Of a stretch of DNA of 64,000 nucleotides, positions 11,718 through 26,074 are shown piece by piece. How positions within the stretch are numbered: position 1 is the stretch's first letter; every line of letters begins with the position of its first letter. The stretch spans positions 9,362,001 to 9,426,000 of the forward strand of contig OX597827.1 in NCBI GenBank assembly GCA_951406725.2. Reading direction: 5' to 3'. The notes beneath the pieces were generated by a model, which saw only the letters and a program-made list of their open reading frames with translations, searched no databases and was not told the DNA's origin. The stretch comes from Octopus vulgaris (lineage: Eukaryota). The translations under genes were made by a program, and so were the position numbers.

Positions 11718-14220
11718 GAAATAAACAAATAATACTTTAGACCATGAAAACCTTCAAATTCTCTCCCTCCCTCTCCATTTATCCCTTGCTCTCTCTTTCT
11801 CTCTCTCTCCCTCCCTCTCCATTTATCCCTTTCTCTCTTTCTCTCTCTCTCTCTCCCCCCCTTTCTCTCTATCTTCTATCTCTCTCTCTTTCTCTCAGTC
11901 AGTCACTCTCTATCTATCTGTCTATTTGTCTGTATGTCCGTCTCCCCCCCTCTCTCTCACACACTATCTTTCTCACTGTCTCACTGATTAAATTTTCTTA
12001 GCTGTAAGGTTAGAAGTTATGATCTTTTTGATCTATGGAAGGAAAATAACATATTTAATTATTTACTTCTTGAATTAACAAATAGAAATGATATTCTGTA
12101 AAATTATTTCCTGGAGTAAGAAATAAAAGGAAAAAAAAAGCTATATCAATTTAAATTGGCTTTTATATGTTATCAATAAAAGACCTTCACCCTTTTTATG
12201 GCACTTTTCTTTACACCAGTTATAAGGTCACATATCATCATTTAATAAAATGATAAAAAGACATTTTTGTATAAGTAAATATCATGAGATATTCTAAGCT
12301 ATTTCAATTAACCAAATTTGCAGACTGCACAATACATACATACATACATACATACATACATACATACATACATACATACATACATACATACATACATACA
12401 TACATACATACATACATACATACGTACATACATACATACATACATACATACAAACATACATACATACATACATACATACATACATGTGTATATGTGTATA
12501 ACTATATATATATATACTTACATTCATACACATATACACTCACATATATACATATATATACAAGCATACATACATACATATATATATATATTATCTGTGA
12601 GATATATATGGCTACATAAGTAGTGTGTATATACATAAATATATGTACATATGTGTGTATATATATATATGCACATACATACACATGTATGTATATATAT
12701 ATACATATATGAATGTATATACACACGCATACACACATACATATGTATATATTTACTTCTCATATCTCAAAGATTTTTTTAGCATAAGCCATAAATTTGG
12801 AACAAAGACTTTCCAATTTAGATAAGAGGAGAAATAGAAGTTATTTATAACAGAATGTAAATATCAAGCAATTATATCGTTGCGATTGATTAAAATTCGC
12901 TGACTCATATACGCATAGAAGAGAAAGAAAGAACTGGCTGTTTATTGGTTCTAAATACAAATATTAAGATCTTGCTTAAACCAGGATCAAAGAGGAAGAA
13001 AAGCTATATGGCATGAAAACATTTGTTGTAATGAAGAAGAAGAAGAAGAAGAAGAAAAAATAAGAAAAAGAAAAGGAAAACTACTAAGTGAATTCGGAAT
13101 AGTTGTTTAGAATATCAATGTTGGAACTTTTTCTGTTCAGGTTTATTTGATACAAAAATGAAAATCAAAATAAAGCCCAAAGACAAATAAAGACAAGATT
13201 ACAATACTTTTTGAAATGGTAAACATTCTTTGAGTTTGAAGAACACTAATTAGCTTAGAAAGTTCAAAGATGGATAAAACTGAATGTTAAATTGCTTTAT
13301 AGGAGGATTATTGGAGATTCAAAAGACTTTCCAAAATAGTTTTATATAGAAGGAATGGGCAATATGTCGAATTAGTTGTGTAGTAGATAGGAAAGATAAG
13401 ACATTGTTGAAGTAAAAACTATTTAAGGCTTCTATCATAATTTCGTTTTATTAGATTCTAGCATAGGTCTAGCAGGCAAGTTGTTAGAGAAATAGAAAGA
13501 ATAAAGATTATTAATCCAATGATCGAAGAAATTCATTCGGTAAATAAGTTAGGAATATTTAATCTAGAAGTCTTATCAGTACAAAATATTTTCAATTGTG
13601 AAGAATTCAACATTTTACCAATATCTCCAAACATTACTGATTCCAACATAAAATAAAAAAAAAAGAGAGAAAAAAATTCTATTTGTTACATAGAAACAGG
13701 TTATCAATTTATAACTATTCAATATAGAGAACAAATTAAGATGATTAAGTTTAGCAGTCTCGGAAATACTGAATAAACTACTTTTCTTATTCTTTCAGAA
13801 CAGAACTATAAAAACAGTGTTTATTGTTTTTTCAAGCAGAAGAAGTGAGGCTTTTACTGGTGACTTCATAATTGTGATAGATCTAATGATATAGCCAACA
13901 GCAATGACAAAAGTAACTCGATTCAGTATTGAAAAATTACTTTATGGGATAATCTTTAACACAGAACAATCATGACAAACTTTCATTTGTATTTTAATAT
14001 CAAAAGGATAAACAGGATTAAGGAATAACTTTGAATAGAGACGTAGTGGATTATTTATATGAAAAGAAAAATGAGCTCTGACTAGAAACCTGTTTAGATG
14101 ACATGGTATTATAAGAAAATTACTACATTGTTCATGGATGAAGATAAATGACAATGTAACAAAAAGCCAGCAAAGAGTATAACAGAAATGCATAAATATG
14201 AAAAAAATAAGAGAGAAGTA

Positions 14221-14221
<1 letters not shown>

Positions 14222-14254
<33 letters not shown>

Positions 14255-14265
14255 GAACATATATG

Positions 14266-14315
<50 letters not shown>

Positions 14316-14789
14316 AATGAACATATATGTATATACATATATATGTACATATCTTTATACATATATATGTATATATTTATATATATATATATATAAAACA
14401 TACATATATACACATATTTATACAGATTCATGTATATATATATATATATATGTATGTGTATATATATATATATATATGATATAATATATATATATATATA
14501 CATATATACATATATATATATACATATATGTATATTCATATACATAAACATATATATATATACATATATATAAACACATATGATATGCATGTGTAAGTGT
14601 GTATATATATATATCTATGTGTGTGTGTGTGAGTGTATAAATATATACACATGTATATACATATATATACATGTATATGCATAAATATATGTGTATATGT
14701 ATCATAAGTTTATATGCATATATATGGGTATATTTATATATATATATATATACACACATACACACATACACACTCACACACACACACAT

Positions 14790-14825
<36 letters not shown>

Positions 14826-15064
14826 GTATGTATACAAACCCAGATATATACAAATAAATTTATTAACATACGCATATATATATACATACATTTATATATA
14901 TACACATACAAACACACAGACACACACACACATATATATACATACATATATATATATATAGGTATATATTTTTATGAACTTTATTCATATATATGTATGT
15001 TTATAAACTTGTTATATTCTATGATATATATATATATACATATATACACACATATATATATACA

Positions 15065-15154
<90 letters not shown>

Positions 15155-15223
15155 TTATAAATACAAATATATATATATGAATATATATGTTTACAAATAT
15201 CTATCTATCTATTTATATATATC

Positions 15224-15301
<78 letters not shown>

Positions 15302-15434
15302 CATACATGCATACATGCATACGTATATATGCATATATATAAATATGCATTTATCAATACATGTATGAATATATCTAAACACAAATAGGAATAAAACCTT
15401 CACAAACATATATATATATATGCATATATGTGTG

Positions 15435-15465
<31 letters not shown>

Positions 15466-15699
15466 GTATATATATGCACATACACATATACATGTATATA
15501 TAGATATATTTATATATGTGAGTGTGTGTACATCTATGTATATATATATGTATATATATGTATATATATATACACACATATATATATATAAATATACATA
15601 TTTTCACATATATATGTGTGTGTGGGTAGCTCCCTATAAATATTTTTAACATATATATGCATATATGCATTTATTTATATGTATACCTACACTCTTATG

Positions 15700-15731
<32 letters not shown>

Positions 15732-15878
15732 CATATATATATGCATATATATATGTATATATGTACATACATATATACATATATATATGCATATATATAT
15801 GTATATATATACATACATACATATATTCATATATATATGCATGCATATATATATATATATGTATATATATACATACAA

Positions 15879-15917
<39 letters not shown>

Positions 15918-16176
15918 TATACATATATATATTCATATACATAGATACAAATGCATACATTACTATATCTACATATATGCAGCATTATATGTACATACTT
16001 ATCCTTTACTGTACTAGCTTCAGTCTGAGTGCTGCGGTCATGCTGGGGCACTACTGTTAGCTTGGTTGCACATATACAAACTACTACGTATATATACATA
16101 TAAATATAAACATTTATATATGTGTGTGCATGTGTATGCTATATACACGCATGCATGTATAGTTATATGTATGTAA

Positions 16177-16216
<40 letters not shown>

Positions 16217-16294
16217 ATATACACACACACATATATATGTATGCATGTATTTATACATTTCATGCACACACACATATATATATATATGGGTACG

Positions 16295-16326
<32 letters not shown>

Positions 16327-16745
16327 CATGTACACATACATATAGATAGATACATACATACATACATACACATTTATCTATACTTGTATACAGTTACATA
16401 CAAACATGTAGCTTTACACATATGAATGCATGTATGTTGAAATACATGCAAATGAATATCCATCCAACCATTTATCCATACATCCATGGATACAAAAATA
16501 CATATGTACATAGATACAAACATACATACATACAAACATGCATACAAACATACATTCATGCATACATACATACACACACACACATACATACATGCATGCA
16601 TACATACATAAATACATACATACATACACACACATACATACATACATACATACGTACATACATCCATCCATACATACATACATACATACATACATACATA
16701 CATACATACATACATACATACATACATACATGCATACATACATAC
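14222..16745. repeat. About 2.5-kb compound AT/AC/ACAT/AGAT microsatellite field in the putative 5'UTR intron
   Basis: Directly visible. Confidence 0.95.
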
Positions 16746-18332
16746 TGACATATTGTAAAGCATTTAAAGTTAAATAACAAAATTTGTGCGTTCAACAGCA
16801 AGAAAAGAGAAATATTTTCGGGATATACTGATAGGAATACATGAATGAAAGAAGAAATGAAAGGTTAGCTGGAAGAATGAGTGTAAGAAAGATTAATTGA
16901 ATGAAAGAAACTCACAAACTAAAGAAAGAAAGACAGAAAGAAGAAGGAAAGAATGAACAAGTGAGTAAAGAAATGAGTAAATGACAGATAGAAAGAATGA
17001 AGGTATTAATGAATGAAATAATAAATGAATTCATGAAGAAATGAATGAGTGAAAGAAAGAAAGAAAGAAAGAAAGAAGGAAGGAAAGCAAGAAAGAGAAA
17101 AAGAACAAACAAATGTTTGAATGACTGAAAGAAAGAAACAAACAAATAAAAAGGAAGGAAGAAGTGTGAATGAGTGACAATCTAAGAAAGTAATGAAGTT
17201 AGAAAAAGGAATATAGATAATGGCTCCAAATGTATAAATATATAAATATATATAGAATAAATGAAAGATAAAAAGGAATAGAAATGAAAGAATGAAAAGA
17301 ATAAAAAATTAGAGTCGGAGGAAAAAAAGTAAGATAAAAGAATAGAAAGCGAAAGCAGAAAAGTAAGGAAGGAAAAAAGATGAGAAAAAGAAAAGAAAGA
17401 ATGAATGAAAAATAAGAGAAGAAAAGGAAAAAAAAGAAATTTGTTCCAAGATGTGGAACCATGGAAAGTATAAGAAAGTCAAAAATATATATATATATAG
17501 TAAAAAAACATATCTATTTTTTCAATACCCAAAACATTGTTGTTAACTTACACAAACTGTAATATTATCTGTTATAATAAGTTATAATCTATTATAATAA
17601 CCAAAGTACTTACTATAACTAATATATAATGCAAAAAAAGGTGTACTAGTCTGACTTTCATTTAGTATTTACTAACACCAGATGAACAAAAACTGTCCAC
17701 CACATCTCAAATTTTTTAGTTTTTTTGTTTATTCATTCTCTTTTATGTTTGTGTTTTTTCATTTTAATAATATTTATATTAAATGTATTGAAATTACTTA
17801 AACCTTAAAAATTATTTAAACCCTAAAATTAAATTTAGTCTTATTATAACAACCCTTGTTATACCAACCTGCCTGAGATGGCCCTTGGGTTCTGTGATAA
17901 AAGTTTTGGCTTTAATGTGATCTTAATGTAAACCTTCAATTAATATTTCATGTTGATCTAAGTTCCAAACGCCAGCTTGAAAACGACAAAATAATTTTAC
18001 TAAATTCTTTATTATTTTCAAAAAATTGGTTTGAACAAGTGCAGTGTGTGTCCATTCTAGTTTCTCAGAAACGTGGTTACAAATTAGTTAATAGTTTGTT
18101 CATTAGAAAGAGAAAAAAAAAAAAAAGAAAATCAAATCAAATACCTTAAGATAAATCTTTGTAAACTCTCAAAACAGCAAAAACAAATACGGAAAAAGTA
18201 TTAAAAAAAAAAAACGCTAAAAGTAGAATAATTCCAGATGTGTGACTACTACTGACTAACTGAAATACAACTGAGGTAAAAACAGAAAAAAAGTAAGAAA
18301 AGGAAAGTAAAAGAAATGAACCAGCTACTTAC

Positions 18333-18600
18333 ATGTGTCAATAAATCCTCCCGTGTTATGTTATGTCGCTTAGATGAGAAATGTGTGTATCCTGTTGTAG
18401 AGTACAGTGACTGCTGCTGCCGCTGCTGCTGCTGCTGTTGTTGCTGTTGTTACTATTATTACATATATATATATGTGCGCTGGCAGTGTTACTCGGCTTG
18501 GTCCGTGTGTTGTGTAAATATGAGACACAGGTCTGCAGTCCTACCAAGTGGAGTGTATTTGTAATGATGGCTGCAGCCAATAGCAAGCAAGTTTTCAAGT
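18333..18600 (-). promoter_or_regulatory. Candidate promoter and non-coding first exon of the protocadherin
   Basis: Island of higher-complexity, higher-GC sequence. It has a CCAAT box (18577-18581) overlapping the palindrome GGCTGCAGCC and a CAG-rich tract, and ends at a consensus donor AT|GTAAGT (GT at 18332-18331) pointing toward the 11716 acceptor. Confidence 0.45.
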
Positions 18601-18846
18601 CACATGGATGGAAATAATAAAAAAAAAAAAAAAACCAAAACCCCCTTAACTTCAGCACTGAATTGACAGCATGTTCGTTTTCCTCAAACAAGGAAAAGTG
18701 ATTTTTATTTCCACAAAGACTCATACACCAATAAATAAATAAATAAATAAATAAATGCATGCTTACATTCAAACGTAAAAGGATTTCTTTCATCATCATC
18801 ATCATCATCATCCTCACCATCATCATCATCGTCGTCGTCGTCGTCG

Positions 18847-18921
<75 letters not shown>

Positions 18922-19408
18922 ACAGCATCATCATCATCAGCAGCAAAATTATCATCATCATCACTAGCATCATCATCATTTTATATTATCATTATATATT
19001 ATTATTATTATTATTATTATTATTGTTATTATTATTATTACTGAGTGAGAGAGCAGTGCATGCCATCAAAGTGACACTGGGGTAAAATATACGAAGCCCA
19101 ATATACCCATCATGACTACCCGTCTGATAAGGGTACACCAGGCACATGCATCACTATTATTATTATTATTATTATCATTATTAAGGCGATAAGCTGGCAG
19201 GATGGTTAGCATGCCGGATAAAATGCTTTGTGGCATTTTCATCCATCCTTACAGTCAGAGTTCAAATTCTGCTGTTGTCAACTTTGCCTTTCATCCTCTT
19301 GGGGGCGGGGGGTCAATAATTTAAGTACCAGTGAAATACTGGTGTCGATGTAATTGACTACTCCCCTCTCCACAAATTTCCAACCTTCTACCACTAGTAG
19401 TAAGGATT

Positions 19409-19443
<35 letters not shown>

Positions 19444-20193
19444 TATTGTTATTATTATTATTATTATTATTATTAATGCTGTTGTTGTTGTTGTTGTTTA
19501 AGTGTGATGAATGGTCAGAATTGTTGAGTGCATCAAACAAAAATGCTATGAGGTACTTTACTTGCTATCCAAGTTCAAGCCCTGCTGAATTTTTTGACTC
19601 AACATATTTTCCTGGGTGGATAAAAATAAGTTTTAGTCCTGTAAGAAATTGAATAGTCCCTGCCTCCAGGGCTATGTAAGCAATCATCATCATCATCACT
19701 ATTATTATTAAAGGTGGCGAGCTGGCTGAATCATTAGCACGCAGGACAAAATACTTAGTGACATTTCTTCCTGGCATTACATTCCGAGTTCAAATTCTGC
19801 CGAGGTTAACTGTACCTTTCGTTCTTTTGGGGGGGTCGATAAAATAAAGTACCTGTTGAGATCAAGGTTCAATGTAATCAACTAACCCTACACCACCACC
19901 ACTTGATTTCCAGGCCTTGTGTCTATAATTGGAAAGATTATTGTTGTTGTTGTTGTTAGTATTTAAGCAGCAAGATGGGAGAATCATTAGAGCATCAAAT
20001 AAAAAGTTTAGTGGCATTTTGTTCCAGATTGTTGTGTTGTAAGTTCAAATCTGCAGAAGTTGACTTAAATTTTTATCTTTTTGATAGCATAAGCACGAAT
20101 CATGTGCTAGGGTTGATGTGATCAATTAACCCCTTCTCATAACTACTGGTTTTGTGCCAAAATTAGAAACCATTATTATTATTATTATTATTA

Positions 20194-20237
<44 letters not shown>

Positions 20238-20240
<3 letters not shown>

Positions 20241-20397
20241 TAGTTTTATTTTTATAGCGTGCTTTCACTTCACTACCGAGCGCAGCTCTGTGTGCCTTAG
20301 GTATGTGCTGTGATTTGTTGTGATGCTCTGATGGTTATTGTATGGAAAGTGTTCTGCATAGGATGTGTGCAGTGCCTAGTAGTGCAATTTTCTGTAA

Positions 20398-20400
<3 letters not shown>
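20238..20400 (-). mobile_element. 3' fragment of a Dong/R4-like LINE inside a TAA microsatellite
   Basis: Minus frame reads QLQKIALLGTAHILCRTLSIQ*, resembling the R4/Dong C-terminus, then a short UTR. (TTA)n on both sides. Confidence 0.7.
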
Positions 20401-20470
<70 letters not shown>

Positions 20471-20728
20471 GACGGTGAGCTGCTAAAATTGGTAGCATGC
20501 TGGGCAAAATGCTTAGTGGCATTTTGTTCATCCTTATGTTCTAAGTTCAAATTCCACTGTGGTCAGCTTTGCCTTTCATCCTTTCAGGGTTGATAAATTA
20601 AGTACCAGTGAAACACTGGAGTTGATAAAATCAACTCATTCCCCTCCCAACAAAATTTCCAGTCTTGTGCCTATAGTAGAAAGGATTATTATTATTATTA
20701 TTATTATTATTACTACTACTACTACTAC

Positions 20729-20806
<78 letters not shown>

Positions 20807-20984
20807 TACTACTACTACTACTACTACTACTATTATTATTATTATTATTACAACTACTACTATTATTATTATTATTATTGCTTTTCAGTTTACATTGTCT
20901 AAAGTTTGTTCAATTCATAACAGATGTTAAAATAAAGTACCAGTCAAATATTAGTATTGTTTTTTTATATTGGCTAAAAAGTAC

Positions 20985-21367
20985 CTGGTTTTTTGTAGTG
21001 TGATACTTATTCTATCAGTCTCTTTTGCTGTATCATTAGGCTCTAAGGATGCAGACAAGTGTTGCCTAGCGGTTGTGGCAAATAGAAACACAAAGATACA
21101 CATGCACACACACATATGCAAGTACACACACATACATACCCCCACACACACATTCATGCACACATACACACACATCTACACACACGCAATGCACACATAT
21201 TTACAAATCCGACAGACTTCTACACAGATCCCATTCACCAAAATTCACTTACACTATTGGGTGGTTGGGGTCATAGCAGAAGACACTTACTCAAGGTGCT
21301 GTGCAGTGAAATCGAACCCAAAACCATGTGTTTGCAAAGCAAGCGTATTAACCACACAGCCATGCCT
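20985..21367 (-). mobile_element. SINE family A, diverged
   Basis: Recognisable GAAGACACTT, GAACCC and CCACACAGCCA blocks. Confidence 0.6.
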
Positions 21368-21783
21368 CAACACCATTTTCATTATTGTTATGACTAAAGT
21401 CATTTGTGCTTGAATCCTCACCAAAACCAGTTTTGCCTTTCTTCCTTTCAAGTTTGATAAATTAAAGTACCACTCATATACTGGGTCCCACTTAATCCTC
21501 TGGACCCCACCTTTTAATACAATTTTAATTTTATTCTAATGTTAATGCTCATTATCGTCATCATAATCAGGGCATTGGATTAACAGAATCACTAGAGCAT
21601 TGGCAAAAAGCACTTTCCAGTATATCTAACTTTCTATGTTCTGAGTTCAAATTCCACTGAAGTCAACTTTGCTTTTCATTCTTCTGGGGTTTAAAAAATA
21701 CAGTACCAGTCAAGTTTAAGGGGTTGATATAACTGGCTAATCTCCTCTTACTAAATTTTCTAACCTTGTGCCAAAAAGAAAAC

Positions 21784-21857
<74 letters not shown>

Positions 21858-22602
21858 TTATTATGACATAAGGCAGGTTCATTAGCATGCCATTCAAAAT
21901 GTTCAGTGGCACTTCTTCCAGCTTTAAGTTCTAAGTTCAAATGTTTCCATGATCACTTTTGCCTTTCAACCTTTTGGATTCGATAAAATAAGCACCAGTC
22001 GAGCAGCAGGGTTGATGTAATTGAGTCCATTTCCCCTTAAAATTGCTGGCCTTGTGTCAACATAAGAAAGAATGATTATCATCATCATCATCATCATCAT
22101 CATTATTATTATTATTATTATTATTATGAAGGTGGTGAGCTGGCAGAATTGTTACCATGCGAGCTAGCAGAAACGTTAGCGCACCGGGCAAAATGGTCAG
22201 CGGTATTTCGTCTGTAGATACGTTCTGAGTTCAAATCCCGTCGAGGTCGACTTTGCCTTTCATCCTTTCGGGGTCGATTAAATAAGTACCAGTTACGCAC
22301 TGGGATTATTATTATTATTGTTATTATTATTATTATTATCATCATTATTATTATGAAGGTGGTGAGCTGGCAGAATTGTTAGCATGCCAGGCTAAAATGC
22401 TTAGTAGTATTTTGTCTGTCTTTATGTTCTGAGTTCAAATTCTATCGAGATCAGCTTTGCCTCTCATCCTTTCAAGGTTGATAAATTAAGTATCAGTGGA
22501 ACACTGGGGTCGATGTGATTGGCTAGTTCCCCTCCCCACAAAACCCAGGCCTTGTACCTAGAGTAGAAAGGATCATCATCCTCATCATTATTATTATTAT
22601 TA

Positions 22603-22670
<68 letters not shown>

Positions 22671-24400
22671 CAGCTTAAATAATGTAAAAGGAGAAAGTTG
22701 TTCTGTTGCTGATGGAAGACAACAAATTTTAAACATGTAATAAACTTCAAGCTGTGATAGAAATTTTAGCTAGAATTTTGTGTAATATAAAAACAAAGAA
22801 AAACCAAAGGAAATTAAAACCATATTTTGGTATGAGCAAACAGTTCTTGTAAAGTTTCTCTCATTATATCTTCAGAGGAATCCTGAGATTTTTTGTTTAA
22901 TTATTATTTCCATGGGTATGTATTTGTGCACATGGTTTTGTGTATGTCTGTGAGTTGGAAAATATGTTTATATATGTGTATGCATGTCTGTGTATATGAG
23001 TGCATGCAATATGTGTCAGTGTAAGTATCTGAGTTTATTTATGTGGTAGAGTTTCATGTGTGCCTACGTGTGAAAATTATGTCTGTGTGTAAAGATGTGT
23101 GTGTAAATGTGCAAATATGTATATGTGTGTGAGTGTGTGTATGTATGCGTGTGCATGTGATTATGTGTGTGTGTGTGTATGAATAAATGGATATGCTTGT
23201 GCAAATGTGCGAGTGTGTATGCATATTTGTTGTGTTGTGTGTCTGTATGCAGAGTGTGAAATATATGTGTGTGTGTGTATGAGTGTGAGTGTGTGCGAGT
23301 GTATGTACGTATGCAAATACATGTACGTGTATGCAAATATCTGTGTATGCACGAGTGGAGATACACAAGTGTATTTGCACATCTGCACTCTTCTCACAGT
23401 TGCAACATTACGTGAATATGTGCGTGTACGCTTTTATGCATTTCTAACTGTGTGTTTATATATGCGTGTGAGTGTGTGTGTGTGTCTGAGTGCATACGTG
23501 GTTGTGTGTTTTACTCAGCATCTTGCCTAGGAAGAAGGAGGGAGAGGAAGAAGCTTCGTCACATTTCCAACTGTTAATTTCCTTCTGTTATATTTACTTT
23601 TCCACTTTAATTATTTATACAGCGTATAATTCAGTGATTGTTGGATTTTTAAATAAACAGTTCATTATTAAAAAATATTGATTTTTTTTTTCCTTATTTA
23701 GTTATTTCTTCATTTATTTATTTATTGATCCAATCTCATTAATTCATTTTATTTCATTCTTTTGTTTTCCTTCTTCATATTTTCTTGCATTTTTGTTTTG
23801 ATTTTTGTTATTATTGTCATTTACATTTTATTGTTTTTGTTTGTTTTAATATAGATCAATTTTACAAATTATTGAAATATTTTTCTTCTCATAATTAAAA
23901 GATTGCTTTATATTAAGAATATCTACTAATTAATTGAAATATAAACCACTGCAACAGAATGCTTTCAATATAATTAAATGAAGTGTATACAAAACCTCCA
24001 TATTGAAATGATTCTATTTTCATGTTTATTATTTCTTTATTTCTTTATTTAATTTATTTATGTTTCTACTCAATTATTACATAGCTTCAAGCAAGTGTTG
24101 CATTACAGTTACAATTAATATTTCACTAAATTTGCTATAGGATCTCGCATACTATTAAATTAAATTCCATAATTAAATAAATGTTATTTAATTTTCGTGA
24201 TCAAATAATACTACTGATCTGTTTCAACAACCTTCATATCTACCGAATATTTCAACAGACCATAATGGCAAAAATCTAATATATTAGTTTTAAGTATTAC
24301 AGAATGAAAATAAAACAAAAAAATAGATTGTAAAATAAAAGAAAAATAGACAAGAACCACCCAATTCTCAGAATTATTCTCTATTCAGAATTATTCACCA

Positions 24401-24802
24401 CTAGCAGTATCGCCCGGCGTTGCTCGGGTTTGTAAGGGAAATAACTATATAAGCATTTTTAGAGAGTTATAGCCAAAAAATAGCAAAACAATGCATTAAA
24501 AATGGAAAAAAAAATGATGGTAAATTTTTTTTAAAATCGTTGACTCATCGTAGACATTTTTAGAGAGTTACTTCCCTTATATAATAGCGAAAAAAATGCA
24601 TTAAAAATGGGAAAAAAATTATTGTAAATTTTTTTTTAAATCGTAGACTCATCGTAGACGTGCGCTAATACCCAGAAGGGCTCGATATGAATCACGACTA
24701 TAAGATACCCGGTTTTGGTTAAACTGCACCGCAAAATGTGGGAGTAGTTAGGAATCTAAATCGTAGGTGACAGACACACAACCTTACTTTTATATATAAA
24801 GA
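24401..24802 (-). mobile_element. Non-autonomous Helitron, copy 1
   Basis: On the minus strand it starts A|TC, ends CTAG|T, and has the subterminal hairpin CCCGAGCAACGCCGGG. Homologous to the copies at 36716 and 53196. Confidence 0.88.
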
Positions 24803-26074
24803 TTTAGAATTATTCACCATTTCCTCTGTCTCTTTCTCTCTTTCTCTCCCTTTGTCTCACTCTTCTTTCATATTCCTTTCTCATGTCAGCCAACCGATTC
24901 CTTTCAATGCTTGAATCAAGCACTAATCTCTCTTTCCTGGATTTGTTTCGTGTTTTAAATCACTTGTCTTTACAGTGGCTATTATAATAAACAAAACCAA
25001 TTTAGAGGTTACAAAGTTGTCAAAAAAGGAAAAGTCTTTTCAGTCAGATCTCACAATATTTTTCCCAATAGTTTAATCAGAAACAAGGAGCACACAGCTC
25101 AAGACAGATCAATATTTCCAATCCTTAAAATTAATCTCAAGCTTAAGTTAAAGGAATAAAACAAAAAAGGAGTGAGAGGTTGAGAGACTGGAATTAGCTC
25201 ATTCTTTATAATCAGGAACCTTTGTTTCACAGAATAACCCGAATTCTCTTTGTTGAGCTGTTTTGTTTTGTTGTCTTGCAATTTGCTTTTTTGAATTTTA
25301 ATATTTATGTTTATTTGGAAATTTCGTTTTGCAAGTGCATCATGGGATAGATAGCTCAACTGAGATTATGCCATTAAACATCAACTAATTAAGTCTAATT
25401 CGGAAAATATAAATTTAAGAATTACTACAAAAGTGCCTGAGGATAATCAAGGAAAGAATTAATGAATTAATGAATATATTTTTCATATAAAATTTTAAAA
25501 TTAATCTAAGATATGTTTAATAAAAAGAAGAAAAATATGTTGAACTGTTTTGTTGGCTGTTATTAAAATATAGACAAACAGTTATAAAAATGTACTATTC
25601 GAATTGCTAGAATAATACTGCCCATATTTTCAAGCCTTCTGGAGTTGACAACATCATCAAGGACTCTATTTTAAGAGGATGACTGGTAGAGAAAACCGAT
25701 TTATCAGAAACTTTGAAAAGCTGCTTAGTTTTAGATAGCATATATTGATCATATTTGACTGGTGCAATCTTTGATGCGAGCTGTCAAAAGAAATGACTTT
25801 TTAGTCTGCATAGTTTATTTCCACGCAAGCCCACCAGATTTGTTGCACTTGTTTGATGAGCCAAATGTGGTAGCAAGATATCTGACACATCTGACATATA
25901 TCTCAGTGTTTCGGACAAACATTGAGATATCCCACTGAGCTAGAGCAGAATTACTCTCAAGAAATGCTATCAGTGTAATGTTTATAAAACTGAACAAAAC
26001 ATTTTCAGAAGCATGCTGGAAGTCAAAAATATTATAGGGAGGAGAAAGAATAAAGAGTGAATGATGGGGGAGAG

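Larger units (their letters stand above)
19183..22572 (+). mobile_element. Cluster of about 9 SINE family B copies separated by (ATT)n
   Basis: Copies start near 19183, 19711, 19965, 20469, 21410, 21570, 21871, 22128 and 22356; all on the plus strand. Confidence 0.8.

Noticed and set aside
13100-14200. Possible decayed Penelope-like coding remnant on the minus strand
   Set aside because: Only vague resemblance (LFLNPVYPF); no motif I can support without a search.
18470-18495. CGCT-containing motif as a vertebrate CSE/CTCF analogue
   Set aside because: Too short and a poor match to the CTCF consensus.
18356-19085. Poly-Met and poly-Ile ORFs
   Set aside because: Artefacts of the (CAT)n trinucleotide repeat.
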